Origin: a virus
IMG/VR virus record: IMGVR_UViG_3300021138_002011
Span: 1-64,000 of that record
Length of the DNA: 64,000 nucleotides
Strand: one strand, 5' to 3'
Within the stretch, counting starts at the first letter, position 1; each line of letters begins with the position of its first letter. Below, one piece after another: positions 18,197-27,611 of this stretch. The notes under the pieces are model-generated. The model was not told where the DNA came from and ran no database searches. It saw only the letters and a program-made list of their open reading frames with translations. The position numbers were made by a program, and so were the translations under genes.

Positions 18197-19048
18197 ATGT
18201 GTATAATCATGGCTAAACATTTACCAGAGCTTGGATGGGTCGGCGTAAAAAATCGTGACAGAGGCTACTATCCTGTTATTAATATTAAAAAAAGTAGGAA
18301 AAACGGTATAGAGCGAATTTACATCTGGGACGAAACGACAGGGTATACTGAAGGCTTAAACGAGCACGGCATCAGCATAATGAGTGCAAGTATGGCTACT
18401 ATTTCAGACGAAAAAGGGCAAGGCACTACCACACACGAAGGAACACGCAGCAACTATCTCAGTCCGGATGGTAAAAAAATTCGTACTGCTATGCTTGAGC
18501 GCAACTGTCGCGATGCATTGTTATCTCTTATAGAGAACGAACTAACAGGTCATACACTGGTATTTGATGCAACCAGGTGTTACATGCTGGAATCTGGACA
18601 CAGAAACGGTGAATTTATACATAAAATTGAAGAAATAGTTAAACCAAATACTTGTGTGCGAACTAATCACGGAGTTTTACTTCCGTGGGCAGGTTACCAA
18701 CGTGTTGCTGACGACCCAGGGCACAGTCGTAAACGTGTAAGCTCAGAAGTTAGGAAAATTAAAGCTGAACTTGGTTTGCAAAAAGCAAACAGTTTAGACG
18801 AATGCATGGAATCCATATTAGATCATAGCGATTCCAACCCACAATTGAATCCATGTCGTCGCGATGACAGAGAAGGTTATATGAAAACAACTGGACAAAT
18901 TGCGTTAGTGCCGAGTCAAAAAACTTTGTACTATCGACCAATTTGGAGTGGTATTAAGTTTGACTATGACAAACTAAATGGGGCAGACGAACGTTGTTTC
19001 TTTGAAATACTTAGCCAACGTGCACTGCACAAACTTGGACCAGACTAA
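18197..19048 (+). CDS. Ntn-hydrolase-like protein (N-terminal Cys nucleophile)
   Basis: Start M-C-IIMA 5 nt after TATAAATA (18184-18191); KNRD, EGLNEHG, RTNH motifs. Confidence 0.7.
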   Translation: MCIIMAKHLPELGWVGVKNRDRGYYPVINIKKSRKNGIERIYIWDETTGYTEGLNEHGISIMSASMATISDEKGQGTTTHEGTRSNYLSPDGKKIRTAMLERNCRDALLSLIENELTGHTLVFDATRCYMLESGHRNGEFIHKIEEIVKPNTCVRTNHGVLLPWAGYQRVADDPGHSRKRVSSEVRKIKAELGLQKANSLDECMESILDHSDSNPQLNPCRRDDREGYMKTTGQIALVPSQKTLYYRPIWSGIKFDYDKLNGADERCFFEILSQRALHKLGPD

Positions 19049-19353
19049 GCTGGCCGGATTTCACATTTTAGCGGGAATCCATTTATCCTAGCTGCATTGA
19101 TAGTATCGTCGCGCTTTTGAGTAGCAATTTCAAAACTGTATGTACCAGCAATTCCTACCCCAAATTCATGGATATGCAGTGTAATATTACTTGCTTCTTC
19201 AAAAGTTTTTTGAAAAAACGTCATAAGAATTAAGATTACAAATTCCATGGTAGTTTTATCATCGTTGTGCAATATCACATTAAACTGTTGAGGGACACGC
19301 ATGACAACTTTTGTCACCGTTGCAACGTCATTAATTGTTTCGGTAGTTGCCAT
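19045..19353 (-). CDS. clpS: N-degron adaptor ClpS
   Basis: VILHNDDKTTMEFV, IH..G.GIAGTY..EIA..K, FPL. Confidence 0.93.
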   Translation of the reverse strand: MATTETINDVATVTKVVMRVPQQFNVILHNDDKTTMEFVILILMTFFQKTFEEASNITLHIHEFGVGIAGTYSFEIATQKRDDTINAARINGFPLKCEIRPA

Positions 19354-19398
19354 GCGTTTAATCTCCTTACAACATATTACTGCGATATACTAGCTATG

Positions 19399-19887
19399 TC
19401 AAGCAGTAATATCGGTGGTAACACTGCTATCTAACACATTAGTAGGTGCTGTTGTTTCAATAACAATTTTTCGCGGCTTCATGCTTTCTGGAATTTCTTG
19501 AACAAAGTTAACTGTAAGAATTCCATTGGCAAGGTTGCTACCTGTTACATTCACCCATGTATTAAGATAGAATGTTCTGCGGAAACTACGTCCTGCAATA
19601 CCTTTGTGAAGATATGTTCGAGTATCATCCTGCTTTACTTTACCTTCAATTGTTAACACACCATCTTGTAGTGTGATATCCAATTCACTGGATGTAAAAC
19701 CGGCTACGGCCATACTAAGACAATATGTATTATCGCCGGTTGATTCAAGATCGTATGGTGGATACCCGCCATTCTGTGTTGTACGTGCTTGATCGAGCAT
19801 ACGTAGTGTTGGTTCGAATCCAACCGCAAAGCGGTTAAGATCGCGGAACATTTCGTCAAGTTGTGATGTAAGTGTAATGCTTCGCAT
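19399..19887 (-). CDS. small heat shock protein (IbpA-like)
   Basis: VGFE, YPPYD, AVAGF, YLHKGIAGRSF, NGIL, IPESMKPRKI. Confidence 0.95.
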   Translation of the reverse strand: MRSITLTSQLDEMFRDLNRFAVGFEPTLRMLDQARTTQNGGYPPYDLESTGDNTYCLSMAVAGFTSSELDITLQDGVLTIEGKVKQDDTRTYLHKGIAGRSFRRTFYLNTWVNVTGSNLANGILTVNFVQEIPESMKPRKIVIETTAPTNVLDSSVTTDITA

Positions 19888-19969
19888 AATTTTATACCTC
19901 CTCTATGAGCAAAGTTTAGTAGATTTTGAGACCCTATATAGGCGTCTCATGTTAGCTGTTAAACTAACA
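19888..19969 (-). promoter_or_regulatory. ROSE-like RNA thermometer in the hsp20 leader
   Basis: Three hairpins after TATAAATA (19974-19981); the last is CUUUGCUC-AUA-GAGGAGG with UUGCU anti-SD and a bulged G. Confidence 0.7.
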
Positions 19970-19999
19970 ATACTATTTATACGCAATCTTCTGTTAAAG

Positions 20000-20314
20000 T
20001 CAAGTAGATGATGCGTCTGAATTTGAAGTAATAACTGATCGATTAACTGGTTTGTAGTCTTTCTTAACCTTCTTCTTTGGCGCATCAAGTTCCATGATTT
20101 GCGCGTACTTTTTCTTCCACCGCAATTTAGCCTCGGCTAGCTTTTGTCGACGAACAATACTTGGCGGAGTGTAATGCTTGCGCTTACGCAATTCTTTATT
20201 AATACCTTCGCTGTTCATACGGCGTTTCAATTGTATAATTGCACCATCAACATTGTTATTAAACACTTTAACAGTCATGCCCTTTTTACGCAGCACAAAG
20301 TCGTCGCTATCCAT
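20000..20314 (-). CDS. rpsU: ribosomal protein bS21
   Basis: VKVFNNNVDGAI..LKRRM..EG..KELRKRKHY.PPS..RR. Confidence 0.88.
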   Translation of the reverse strand: MDSDDFVLRKKGMTVKVFNNNVDGAIIQLKRRMNSEGINKELRKRKHYTPPSIVRRQKLAEAKLRWKKKYAQIMELDAPKKKVKKDYKPVNRSVITSNSDASST

Positions 20315-20367
20315 TTGTTTGTTCCTTGTTGTATATTGTATATTGTATATAATCGTGTCGGACTACG

Positions 20368-20946
20368 TCAAGATTTCTTGTCGTTAGGGGCAATAATTGC
20401 AAGAATTGACCTGCCATTTAATTCGGGCATCTTTTCAATCTTGCATGGGCCCAATCCGTTTATAAAGGTTTCAATTAGTTCAAACCCTTTTTGTCGAAAG
20501 CTCAGTTCGCGACCTCTAAACTTAATTAATACTTTAACCTTATTATTTTCTTCAAGAAATTCGCGTGCATGTGCTTGCTTTACCTCGATGTCGTGCTTAT
20601 CTGTAACAGGACGCAGGTGTATCTCTTTGATAATGATTGTATTTTCTCGCGCTTTTTTATCTTTTTGTTTTTTTTCTCGGCGCAAGTTATACACCCACTT
20701 ATTCAAGTCGACAATACGCACTACTGGTGGAGTAGCATTAGCAGTAATTTCAATTAGATCTAATCCGAGATCTCTAGCTTGCCACAATGCTTGTTTGCTG
20801 GGCATTATTCCAAGTTGTTCGCCATCAATACCCACTACACGTACTTCGTTGTAACGAATACGATCGTTGCAAACAAGACTAGATTTGATAGGGTCTTCGG
20901 GACGTCGTGGTCCTCGATTGTTTTCTTTTGTCCATGTACCGCTCAA
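20368..20946 (-). CDS. infC: translation initiation factor IF-3
   Basis: NDRIR..EVRVV..DGEQLG, PPVVRIVD, KEIHLRP....HD, KVKV..FRGRE. Confidence 0.95.
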   Translation of the reverse strand: MSGTWTKENNRGPRRPEDPIKSSLVCNDRIRYNEVRVVGIDGEQLGIMPSKQALWQARDLGLDLIEITANATPPVVRIVDLNKWVYNLRREKKQKDKKARENTIIIKEIHLRPVTDKHDIEVKQAHAREFLEENNKVKVLIKFRGRELSFRQKGFELIETFINGLGPCKIEKMPELNGRSILAIIAPNDKKS

Positions 20947-22184
20947 GATGCAAGTCCTTGCTCTTGGTTATATACTTTTAGTGGTTCAGCCATGTTTTCT
21001 ACAGTTTCCTTTGTTATACATAGTTTTTTTACGCCAGCCTTGGCAAGATCTGGAAGCTCAAAGTGAACGCCCAGTAGTATGTTTTCCACAATGCTTCGAA
21101 GTCCTCTGGCACCAGTGGCACGCAGTAATGCTTCTCGGGCAATTGCCTTTAAACTATCTGTTGTAAATTCCAATTGCACATTATCAAGCTCAAACATTTT
21201 TTGGAATTGTTTTATAATTGCGTTTTTTGGTTCAGTTAAAATCTTTATCAACGCTGCTTCGTCAAGATCTTCAAATGTAACAATGATAGGAAGGCGACCA
21301 ATAAGTTCCGGAATAATGCCAAATTTGATCAAATCTTCGCCTTGGACGTCTTTAATTAACTCGTAATTTTTCACAGTTTGGGTGGGCGATTTTATAGTAG
21401 CATTAAACCCTATGCCAGCGCTATCAACTGACGTACGACTTCCAATAATTTTATTAAGGCCTTCAAATGCTCCGCCGACAATAAACAAAATGTTACGTGT
21501 ATTTACAGTAACGAACTCGCCGTTGGGATTCTTCCTTCCACCTTGTGGCGGAATTTTAACATCACAACCTTCAATCATTTTTAACAATGCTTGTTGCACG
21601 CCCTCGCCGCTGACATCTCGTGTTACAGATGTATTTTCTCCCTTTCGACTCTTTTTGTCAATCTCGTCTATGTATACAATACCGCGTTCGGTTTTTGCAA
21701 CATCGTGTTCAGCTGCATGATATAGCTTGGCTATAGCATCTTCAACATCCAACCCAACATACCCACTTTCTGTTAGACTTGTTGCGTCGACAATTGAAAA
21801 AGGCACATCGAGAATTTTAGCAATATTTTGAATTGTATAAGTTTTACCAGTGCCTGACCCACCAATAAAAAGCATGTTGCTTTTGTCGATTTCAACACCG
21901 TCAATTACCGGATTGTTAATTCGTTTGGTATGATTATATACAGCCACAGCCAACATACGCTTGGCTCTGTCCTGACCAATTACGTATTCATCTAGTCGTG
22001 CTTTTACTTTGGCCGGTGTGATATTTGTGTCGGGTAATGCTTTTGGAATGTCCTGTTTAAGGATGTCGAAGCATAAAGTTATACATTCGTCACAAATGTA
22101 TACATCGTTACCTGCTACAAGTTTTTTCACCTCTTGCTGGGTCTTGTCACAGAAGCTACACTGATGGTATGTTTTTGCGGTCAT
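20943..22184 (-). CDS. clpX: ATP-dependent Clp protease ATPase ClpX
   Basis: CSFC zinc domain, GGSGTGKT, GYVG, IDEIDK, RDVSGEGVQQ, IGF loop, GARGLR. Confidence 0.96.
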   Translation of the reverse strand: MTAKTYHQCSFCDKTQQEVKKLVAGNDVYICDECITLCFDILKQDIPKALPDTNITPAKVKARLDEYVIGQDRAKRMLAVAVYNHTKRINNPVIDGVEIDKSNMLFIGGSGTGKTYTIQNIAKILDVPFSIVDATSLTESGYVGLDVEDAIAKLYHAAEHDVAKTERGIVYIDEIDKKSRKGENTSVTRDVSGEGVQQALLKMIEGCDVKIPPQGGRKNPNGEFVTVNTRNILFIVGGAFEGLNKIIGSRTSVDSAGIGFNATIKSPTQTVKNYELIKDVQGEDLIKFGIIPELIGRLPIIVTFEDLDEAALIKILTEPKNAIIKQFQKMFELDNVQLEFTTDSLKAIAREALLRATGARGLRSIVENILLGVHFELPDLAKAGVKKLCITKETVENMAEPLKVYNQEQGLAS

Positions 22185-23428
22185 TTCCTGCTGCTATATG
22201 TTATGTGAGTAGGCTTAAAATGTTCAAGATTATGATGAACTTCAATTTCTTGATTGTTGGCTTGTGTATCACTAGTGTTGTTGTTTTCTGACTCAACTAT
22301 GTCATCTGTATTGCTGTCTTCTTTAGTTAACGGTTGTTGACTACTTGATAGTATATCTATGTCAGGTTGACTTGCAAGAGGCTCTTGAAAGTTTTTTTGA
22401 TTAGTTTCGGTTTGATCTGATAACGTATCTGACAGCCATTTGTCCATACTTTGTGCTATTACCGATTTTATTAGGTCGGCATCAATTGCAGCATAAGGGT
22501 TACGTATTAGCTCTTGATTATCAACGGTATTTTTACTTGTATTTGTGTCAACCATTGGTCTCCATAAGTCGCCGTTCCACCATGTTAGTGTATTTGTTGA
22601 TTGATCATAACATGTTTGTCCATATGTCGGAGCTGCATTGTGCTGCTCGTTTTCGGGTACGCTAACATTATTGTCAATAGTTGTCTGCTGTGTCTTTTCT
22701 TTCAACATGCTGATATTAGCAGCAATCAACATTAGAACTGCTAGAGGATCAAAAACCATGACAATGATAACAATCATCCACCGAACAGCTTTGTCTAAAT
22801 CAACATCCTTGCCATCGGCAAAAAATTCAGCTATGTATTTTATAGGGCCGACCTTGCTTTCAATTACGGTTATTTTTTGTTTTAAATCAATCTTTTGCCG
22901 TTGTAAGTCTTGTAAAGTCTTTTGCTCTGTGTCTAGCTTGTTGCGAATGTCAGTTCGTTCTGCCTCTTGTGCTTTGCGAGCTGCAATTGCCTGTGTTGCA
23001 CGGTTGGCATCTAACTGAATGTTTATTGATTTGTCTAATTGTGCAAGTTGTGTTTGATATCTATTAACAACACCATTATGTTGCAAAGTTTCTGATTCTA
23101 TTTGTTCAATTTTTAGTATAGCATCTGCATTTCCTAGTCCTGCGTCAACATGAGCTTTACTCAAAAATCCAAAAATACCAAGACTTGTTATAAACATAAG
23201 AACAACTACAGATGTTGTTAGATATACCTTTAAAAGAGCAGGAATTATATTCCATTTTTGATAGAGCCAGCTTGAAACAACAAGCTTACTGATTTCTAAA
23301 ATTGTTGCCATAGCAACTACAGGCCAAAACGCACTTGCAAAAATTGTGGCTAGGCCTGCAATACTATAGTAAGCTGCTGTGCCGCTGAGACACAACGCAC
23401 AAAGTAAAAGTAACGTGCTGATCTTCAT
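22181..23428 (-). CDS. membrane protein with coiled coil
   Basis: Several TMs, GIFGFLSKAH, VGPIKYIAE, VFDPLAV. Confidence 0.7.
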   Translation of the reverse strand: MKISTLLLLCALCLSGTAAYYSIAGLATIFASAFWPVVAMATILEISKLVVSSWLYQKWNIIPALLKVYLTTSVVVLMFITSLGIFGFLSKAHVDAGLGNADAILKIEQIESETLQHNGVVNRYQTQLAQLDKSINIQLDANRATQAIAARKAQEAERTDIRNKLDTEQKTLQDLQRQKIDLKQKITVIESKVGPIKYIAEFFADGKDVDLDKAVRWMIVIIVMVFDPLAVLMLIAANISMLKEKTQQTTIDNNVSVPENEQHNAAPTYGQTCYDQSTNTLTWWNGDLWRPMVDTNTSKNTVDNQELIRNPYAAIDADLIKSVIAQSMDKWLSDTLSDQTETNQKNFQEPLASQPDIDILSSSQQPLTKEDSNTDDIVESENNNTSDTQANNQEIEVHHNLEHFKPTHITYSSRK

Positions 23429-23838
23429 GCCGTCAGACGGCAGTAGTTGCCGTTGTCAATCTCTGCAAAGCCAGTTTCACGATCAAGGAACTTGAAACTG
23501 GCTTTATGTATTTGAAAATGGTCAGATAGATACGACATTACTTCTTTTACATCAAACTGCGCACAACTATATAAGTCAAACTGCATGACACTTAGATTGG
23601 GTGCAGGTAAATTCCATATATGCATGGCACAATGACTTGTTGTTAAAATTACAGTGCTGGTAATTCCTTCATTACCAGGATCTGTACAAAATGCCGAAAC
23701 AGGGTCCAGCATTACTCGCATTCTAACATGGTCTACCATTCCTCGCATTATTTTATTAATCTTTTCACAATCTTCAGGGCCCGGAGGATCGGACAGTTCT
23801 GCTCTGATAAGTAGGTGCAGATGTGCAGTTGGTTTCAA
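23425..23838 (-). CDS. speD: pyruvoyl-dependent decarboxylase proenzyme (AdoMetDC family)
   Basis: GITSTVILTT|SHCAMHIW, FDLYSC, FLDR. Confidence 0.85.
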   Translation of the reverse strand: MKPTAHLHLLIRAELSDPPGPEDCEKINKIMRGMVDHVRMRVMLDPVSAFCTDPGNEGITSTVILTTSHCAMHIWNLPAPNLSVMQFDLYSCAQFDVKEVMSYLSDHFQIHKASFKFLDRETGFAEIDNGNYCRLTA

Positions 23839-23856
23839 TATTTTTGCATCCTGTGT

Positions 23857-25023
23857 TTACACACCTGGTATTTGTGTGACAACAATATTATTGCTGACAG
23901 TTTGTATATTTGCAACCACGTCAATACCTTGTGCTGTAATGTTTATGATTTGCGCAGGATTATTGTAGATGGCGGTGCTGCCGTATTGAGACGCACATGG
24001 TGCAAATACTTTTCGGTTACTGCTCCATGTATTGGTCATTGCGCGAGCTACCCAGCGCTGAATAGCCGCTGTTCCAACAAAAGTATTGCCATAATCAGGT
24101 TCGGTAGGTAGAGCCTCTGTACGAAGCTGGGAGTACTGCTCATACCCAACTGTCCATGTAATTGTGTTCAATGCAGCGTTTCCTATGTTACCGGTGCGTA
24201 CAATGCTACCAAAGTAGTTGGGAGTTGCAGTTGATTCCATTTGTGACACAGTTTGGAACCAACGCATATTGGCACGCTCTTTGTCTTCGCTTAGTGTGAT
24301 ATTGCTGGGATATGCAGTATATATTCCAGCGGGGAATCCAAGTGCTGTTAATGCGTTACCGTTGTTGATTACCCATGGCTGTGTCCACCCTGCACTTTCT
24401 AGTTGAAGATATGGACCTGCAACTTCTGCAGCAACACCTGTTTGGTTTGTGTAGTTGTTGATTTGACTCACAGCACTCTGGATATTGCCAGATGCAAACG
24501 TAATTGTAACACCGTTTATTGTAACATTTGACCCTGTGTTTACATTGGAGTATGCAGTTGCAGCAACTTGACTGAAATAGTTTTGATACTGACCGCTGGG
24601 ATAGTAACCCGGATTGTTCAGTCCAAGCGTGGCTAACGCAGTGCCGTTACCTTCTTTAAGATAAAAGGGTACACCTTCGTAACCTGGCGCGTTTTGCAAA
24701 GTTATGTAAGTTGCTGCCACACTCTGATCAGCATAGACACCTGTGAATTTTGTCATTAGGTTAATTTTGACAATTGCAGATGCTAATGTGTCAGTCGACG
24801 CAAATGTAACAGTATAGTTGTTGATTATAATAGTGGCTCCGTTTACAAAAGGTGTGCCTGTTACTGCTGAGCCACCGGTTGTCTTAATCAGACTTTGTAT
24901 CTGCCAGGCTGTTTCGCTGTCTAGTCCACCGGCTTGATTTCCAGTAAGTGCGGAATAGTCGGTGGGTGTATTGTTATTCCAAGTGACCTGGTAGTAAGTT
25001 GGATTAAATGAGTAGCTGGTCAT
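23857..25023 (-). CDS. putative virion structural protein
   Basis: T/N/G-rich, duplicated I.IN..T.TF modules, ATAAATA upstream. Confidence 0.6.
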   Translation of the reverse strand: MTSYSFNPTYYQVTWNNNTPTDYSALTGNQAGGLDSETAWQIQSLIKTTGGSAVTGTPFVNGATIIINNYTVTFASTDTLASAIVKINLMTKFTGVYADQSVAATYITLQNAPGYEGVPFYLKEGNGTALATLGLNNPGYYPSGQYQNYFSQVAATAYSNVNTGSNVTINGVTITFASGNIQSAVSQINNYTNQTGVAAEVAGPYLQLESAGWTQPWVINNGNALTALGFPAGIYTAYPSNITLSEDKERANMRWFQTVSQMESTATPNYFGSIVRTGNIGNAALNTITWTVGYEQYSQLRTEALPTEPDYGNTFVGTAAIQRWVARAMTNTWSSNRKVFAPCASQYGSTAIYNNPAQIINITAQGIDVVANIQTVSNNIVVTQIPGV

Positions 25024-25103
25024 GTATGATCCCCTGCATGCGGTATGTGGCTTTATTTATCCTGATTGAGTTACAGACCACGCCAACCCGTATGCACAAG
25101 AGC

Positions 25104-25841
25104 CTACCCGTGCCAAAACATATGCTGTCCTAAGGTGAATTTTCGACTTTGTGGAGCCCAACTATACATCAAATGTGTACTGTGAAAATATGTTGCCCCT
25201 CGGCCAGTATCTGGTATATGCCTAAGGTAAACGTCAATTGCTAGCCGCTGCATTTTTTCCCATACATCATCTTCGCGAGCCCACCTTGGGCCAAACGATC
25301 TACCTACCCAGCTAAATTGCTGCTTTCGTACACCTCGATATACATTATATTGAAACACATTTGTACAAACGTCATTTCCAAAATCCTCTTTGCCAATTCT
25401 GTTAAGGGGGACGTATGCTATGGCAACTTGTTCGTTGTGCTGGCCGTCGCGTACTTCAAAGTACAAATTCCATGCCATACATTCAACTTCTTTACGTTGA
25501 ACATCGTTGAGTAATAATGCCTCGGGAACATTTAATGGCAGATGGCTACGTAAAACAGGGATTGATCTAAAGTCGGCTGTGGCTTTTGATATTTTATCTA
25601 ATGTTGGGGCTGGCATTGTAACAGTAGGCACTGGCTTTTTTGTGGCTGTTTGTGCAGAGTTATTTGCAACAACAGGCAGTTGCTCTACAGGGGTGGGCTG
25701 TGTAAGGTTAACGGCAATGGATGCCTCAACCTCGTTGTATGGGATGGCATTTGCTGATTTAATAGCAGATACCGGTATTAGGCCAGCCTGGCTACCACAT
25801 AACAATATGCCCAGAGACAAGGCTATATATCGGATTTGCAT
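25104..25841 (-). CDS. SleB-like cell wall hydrolase (Hydrolase_2)
   Basis: CMAWNLYFEVR, NR, QFSW, GATYFH, GQHMF; signal peptide. Confidence 0.88.
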   Translation of the reverse strand: MQIRYIALSLGILLCGSQAGLIPVSAIKSANAIPYNEVEASIAVNLTQPTPVEQLPVVANNSAQTATKKPVPTVTMPAPTLDKISKATADFRSIPVLRSHLPLNVPEALLLNDVQRKEVECMAWNLYFEVRDGQHNEQVAIAYVPLNRIGKEDFGNDVCTNVFQYNVYRGVRKQQFSWVGRSFGPRWAREDDVWEKMQRLAIDVYLRHIPDTGRGATYFHSTHLMYSWAPQSRKFTLGQHMFWHG

Positions 25842-25859
25842 TACGTCGTACTCTCCTTA

Positions 25860-25973
25860 TTTTGTTGTTTATACGGCTTAGACACAGGTGTGTCAATGCT
25901 TTGATTGCAAGCCGTTGATAGATATGAATTTAATCTATCAAAACGCCACAGTATTGAGTCTGGCGCAGCGTGA
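25860..25973 (-). promoter_or_regulatory. structured leader of the SleB-like gene
   Basis: After TAAATA (25974-25979): CGCCA/TGGCG, TTGATAGAT/ATCTATCAA, and CGGCTT/AAGCCG enclosing GACAC/GTGTC. Confidence 0.4.
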
Positions 25974-26126
25974 TATTTAGGCAATGCATGGCCCATTTAA
26001 AACGCATTTTAAGTTTGAAGCTCTTGTGGATACAGAACTTCGTGTGCATGTGCACAATACTATATAGCATCTAGATAACCGATAGTGCAACCATAAAAAC
26101 ATTTTCTAGACTTTTTCTAGTCGCTA

Positions 26127-26366
26127 ATGCATAATGACAGCATGGACAACAACATTATCGAAACGCTATCATCATGTGAAACGTTGGTTACACGTATTGA
26201 AGATTCTGTTAGCAATCTTAACAGCCTTCTGCAATCTGCTTCAAAGCAAGGTCTTTATATTCTACTCAACAAGGAAGAAATCGATGGCGGCGGCAAAACC
26301 CTCCAACACAAAATTACACTCACCCATGCATCCTACACAACAGTCTTTGTCAAGTCCGCAACTTAG
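26127..26366 (+). CDS. hypothetical protein
   Basis: 79-aa ORF overlapping the Smr reading frame. Confidence 0.4.
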   Translation: MHNDSMDNNIIETLSSCETLVTRIEDSVSNLNSLLQSASKQGLYILLNKEEIDGGGKTLQHKITLTHASYTTVFVKSAT

Positions 26367-26709
26367 TTATGATGATGAAAAAACATGGAACAATTACATA
26401 AAAAATTTATATAACAAACCGGAACATACATTTCGTCCCAAAAAAGGCAAAGACTATAGCCTCAGTGATTCTCTTGATTTGCACGGCTTAACAATACAAC
26501 AAGCATTTAATACCACTCGTCAGTTTTTAGAGGAGCATTGTATTAACAAATCTCGTAGTGTGATTGTGATAACCGGCAAAGGTGGAAAAATATCTGATGA
26601 GTTTCCTGCTTGGATAGAAAATCTTGGTTTTGTTCGTACGTGCGAACCTATTTTAGACAGCACGGGCAGCGCCGGCGCATATCTTGTTAGTTTATACGCC
26701 CAACGTTAG
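26134..26709 (+). CDS. Smr-domain endonuclease (true start probably further downstream)
   Basis: LDLHGLT (DxH), VITGKG (GxG), GSAGAYLV. Confidence 0.85.
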   Translation: MTAWTTTLSKRYHHVKRWLHVLKILLAILTAFCNLLQSKVFIFYSTRKKSMAAAKPSNTKLHSPMHPTQQSLSSPQLSYDDEKTWNNYIKNLYNKPEHTFRPKKGKDYSLSDSLDLHGLTIQQAFNTTRQFLEEHCINKSRSVIVITGKGGKISDEFPAWIENLGFVRTCEPILDSTGSAGAYLVSLYAQR

Positions 26710-27087
26710 CCACATTAACATAGCAACACTGTATATGGTATTGAGATCGCCTGTGTACAACGCAGTAACATTACCACTGGTGGTATAGCCTGGATACCTT
26801 GGATTTTGAAAACTGTTGGGAGACATTAGTTGGTTGTTCCATAACCAATGCGTGTTAGTGGTTGGCCACGTTTCTTCATATAAAATAAAAAACTCTGGAT
26901 GCGTAATTTCATACACAATATAGTTTTTTATGCCGTAATGTTTAAAACGATCCAGTGTAATTTCATATTCAAATAGATTAAACGTGAGCCATTTTTCACG
27001 TTTACTGCCGTGCAGATGCTCTGTACGAGCTGTCAGCTCTACAATTTGACCCACTGCATGTTGATATTCAACTGGTAACTCTATCAT
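26692..27087 (-). CDS. hypothetical protein
   Basis: ORF; start moved to MIELP. Confidence 0.5.
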   Translation of the reverse strand: MIELPVEYQHAVGQIVELTARTEHLHGSKREKWLTFNLFEYEITLDRFKHYGIKNYIVYEITHPEFFILYEETWPTTNTHWLWNNQLMSPNSFQNPRYPGYTTSGNVTALYTGDLNTIYSVAMLMWLTLGV

Positions 27088-27219
27088 GACGATAATGTAC
27101 GATGTACACTTACCAGTGTCTACTATTTTTTTTTTGGAAAATGGTGCTGATATGCATAATTTTATGTTGCAGTGCAGCATAAATATGCTAAATAATAGAT
27201 AATAAGAAGGAGGCCAACT

Positions 27220-27393
27220 ATGTTGTTCAAAAACGCAGTTAACAATCTAAAAAAATGGTGGGCAGAATACACCATGAGTGCCGATGAGCGCTGGTTAAGC
27301 CAAAGCGCTGACGTAGTAGAGTTGGAAAACAAGCTACGTCAAATTTGGAATCCAAACTACAACAATTTTCGCAAATTAGGAGGAACTAAATGA
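27220..27393 (+). CDS. DUF3563-like small protein
   Basis: AAGGAGG RBS; ERWLSQSADVVELENKLRQI; ATGA-coupled to the next ORF; not in the ORF track. Confidence 0.65.
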   Translation: MLFKNAVNNLKKWWAEYTMSADERWLSQSADVVELENKLRQIWNPNYNNFRKLGGTK

Positions 27394-27584
27394 TTAACAA
27401 TACAGTGTTTAAGGAAGCTAACCAAGCCGTGCTAGATTACGCCACACAAGCCACACGCAAGAACGTTGATTTGCATACAACTTTGTTTAAAGATTGGGTG
27501 GAACTCAATAACAAGCTAGTTGACATGTGTCATGTTAAGGACATGGTCAATATGTTCACTTCATTTGCCACTCCAAAGAAGTAA
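27390..27584 (+). CDS. small amphipathic protein (phasin-like?)
   Basis: AGGAGG RBS; helical, ends TPKK. Confidence 0.55.
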   Translation: MINNTVFKEANQAVLDYATQATRKNVDLHTTLFKDWVELNNKLVDMCHVKDMVNMFTSFATPKK

Positions 27585-27611
27585 TAATCACAAATTGTTA
27601 TTAAATGACAA

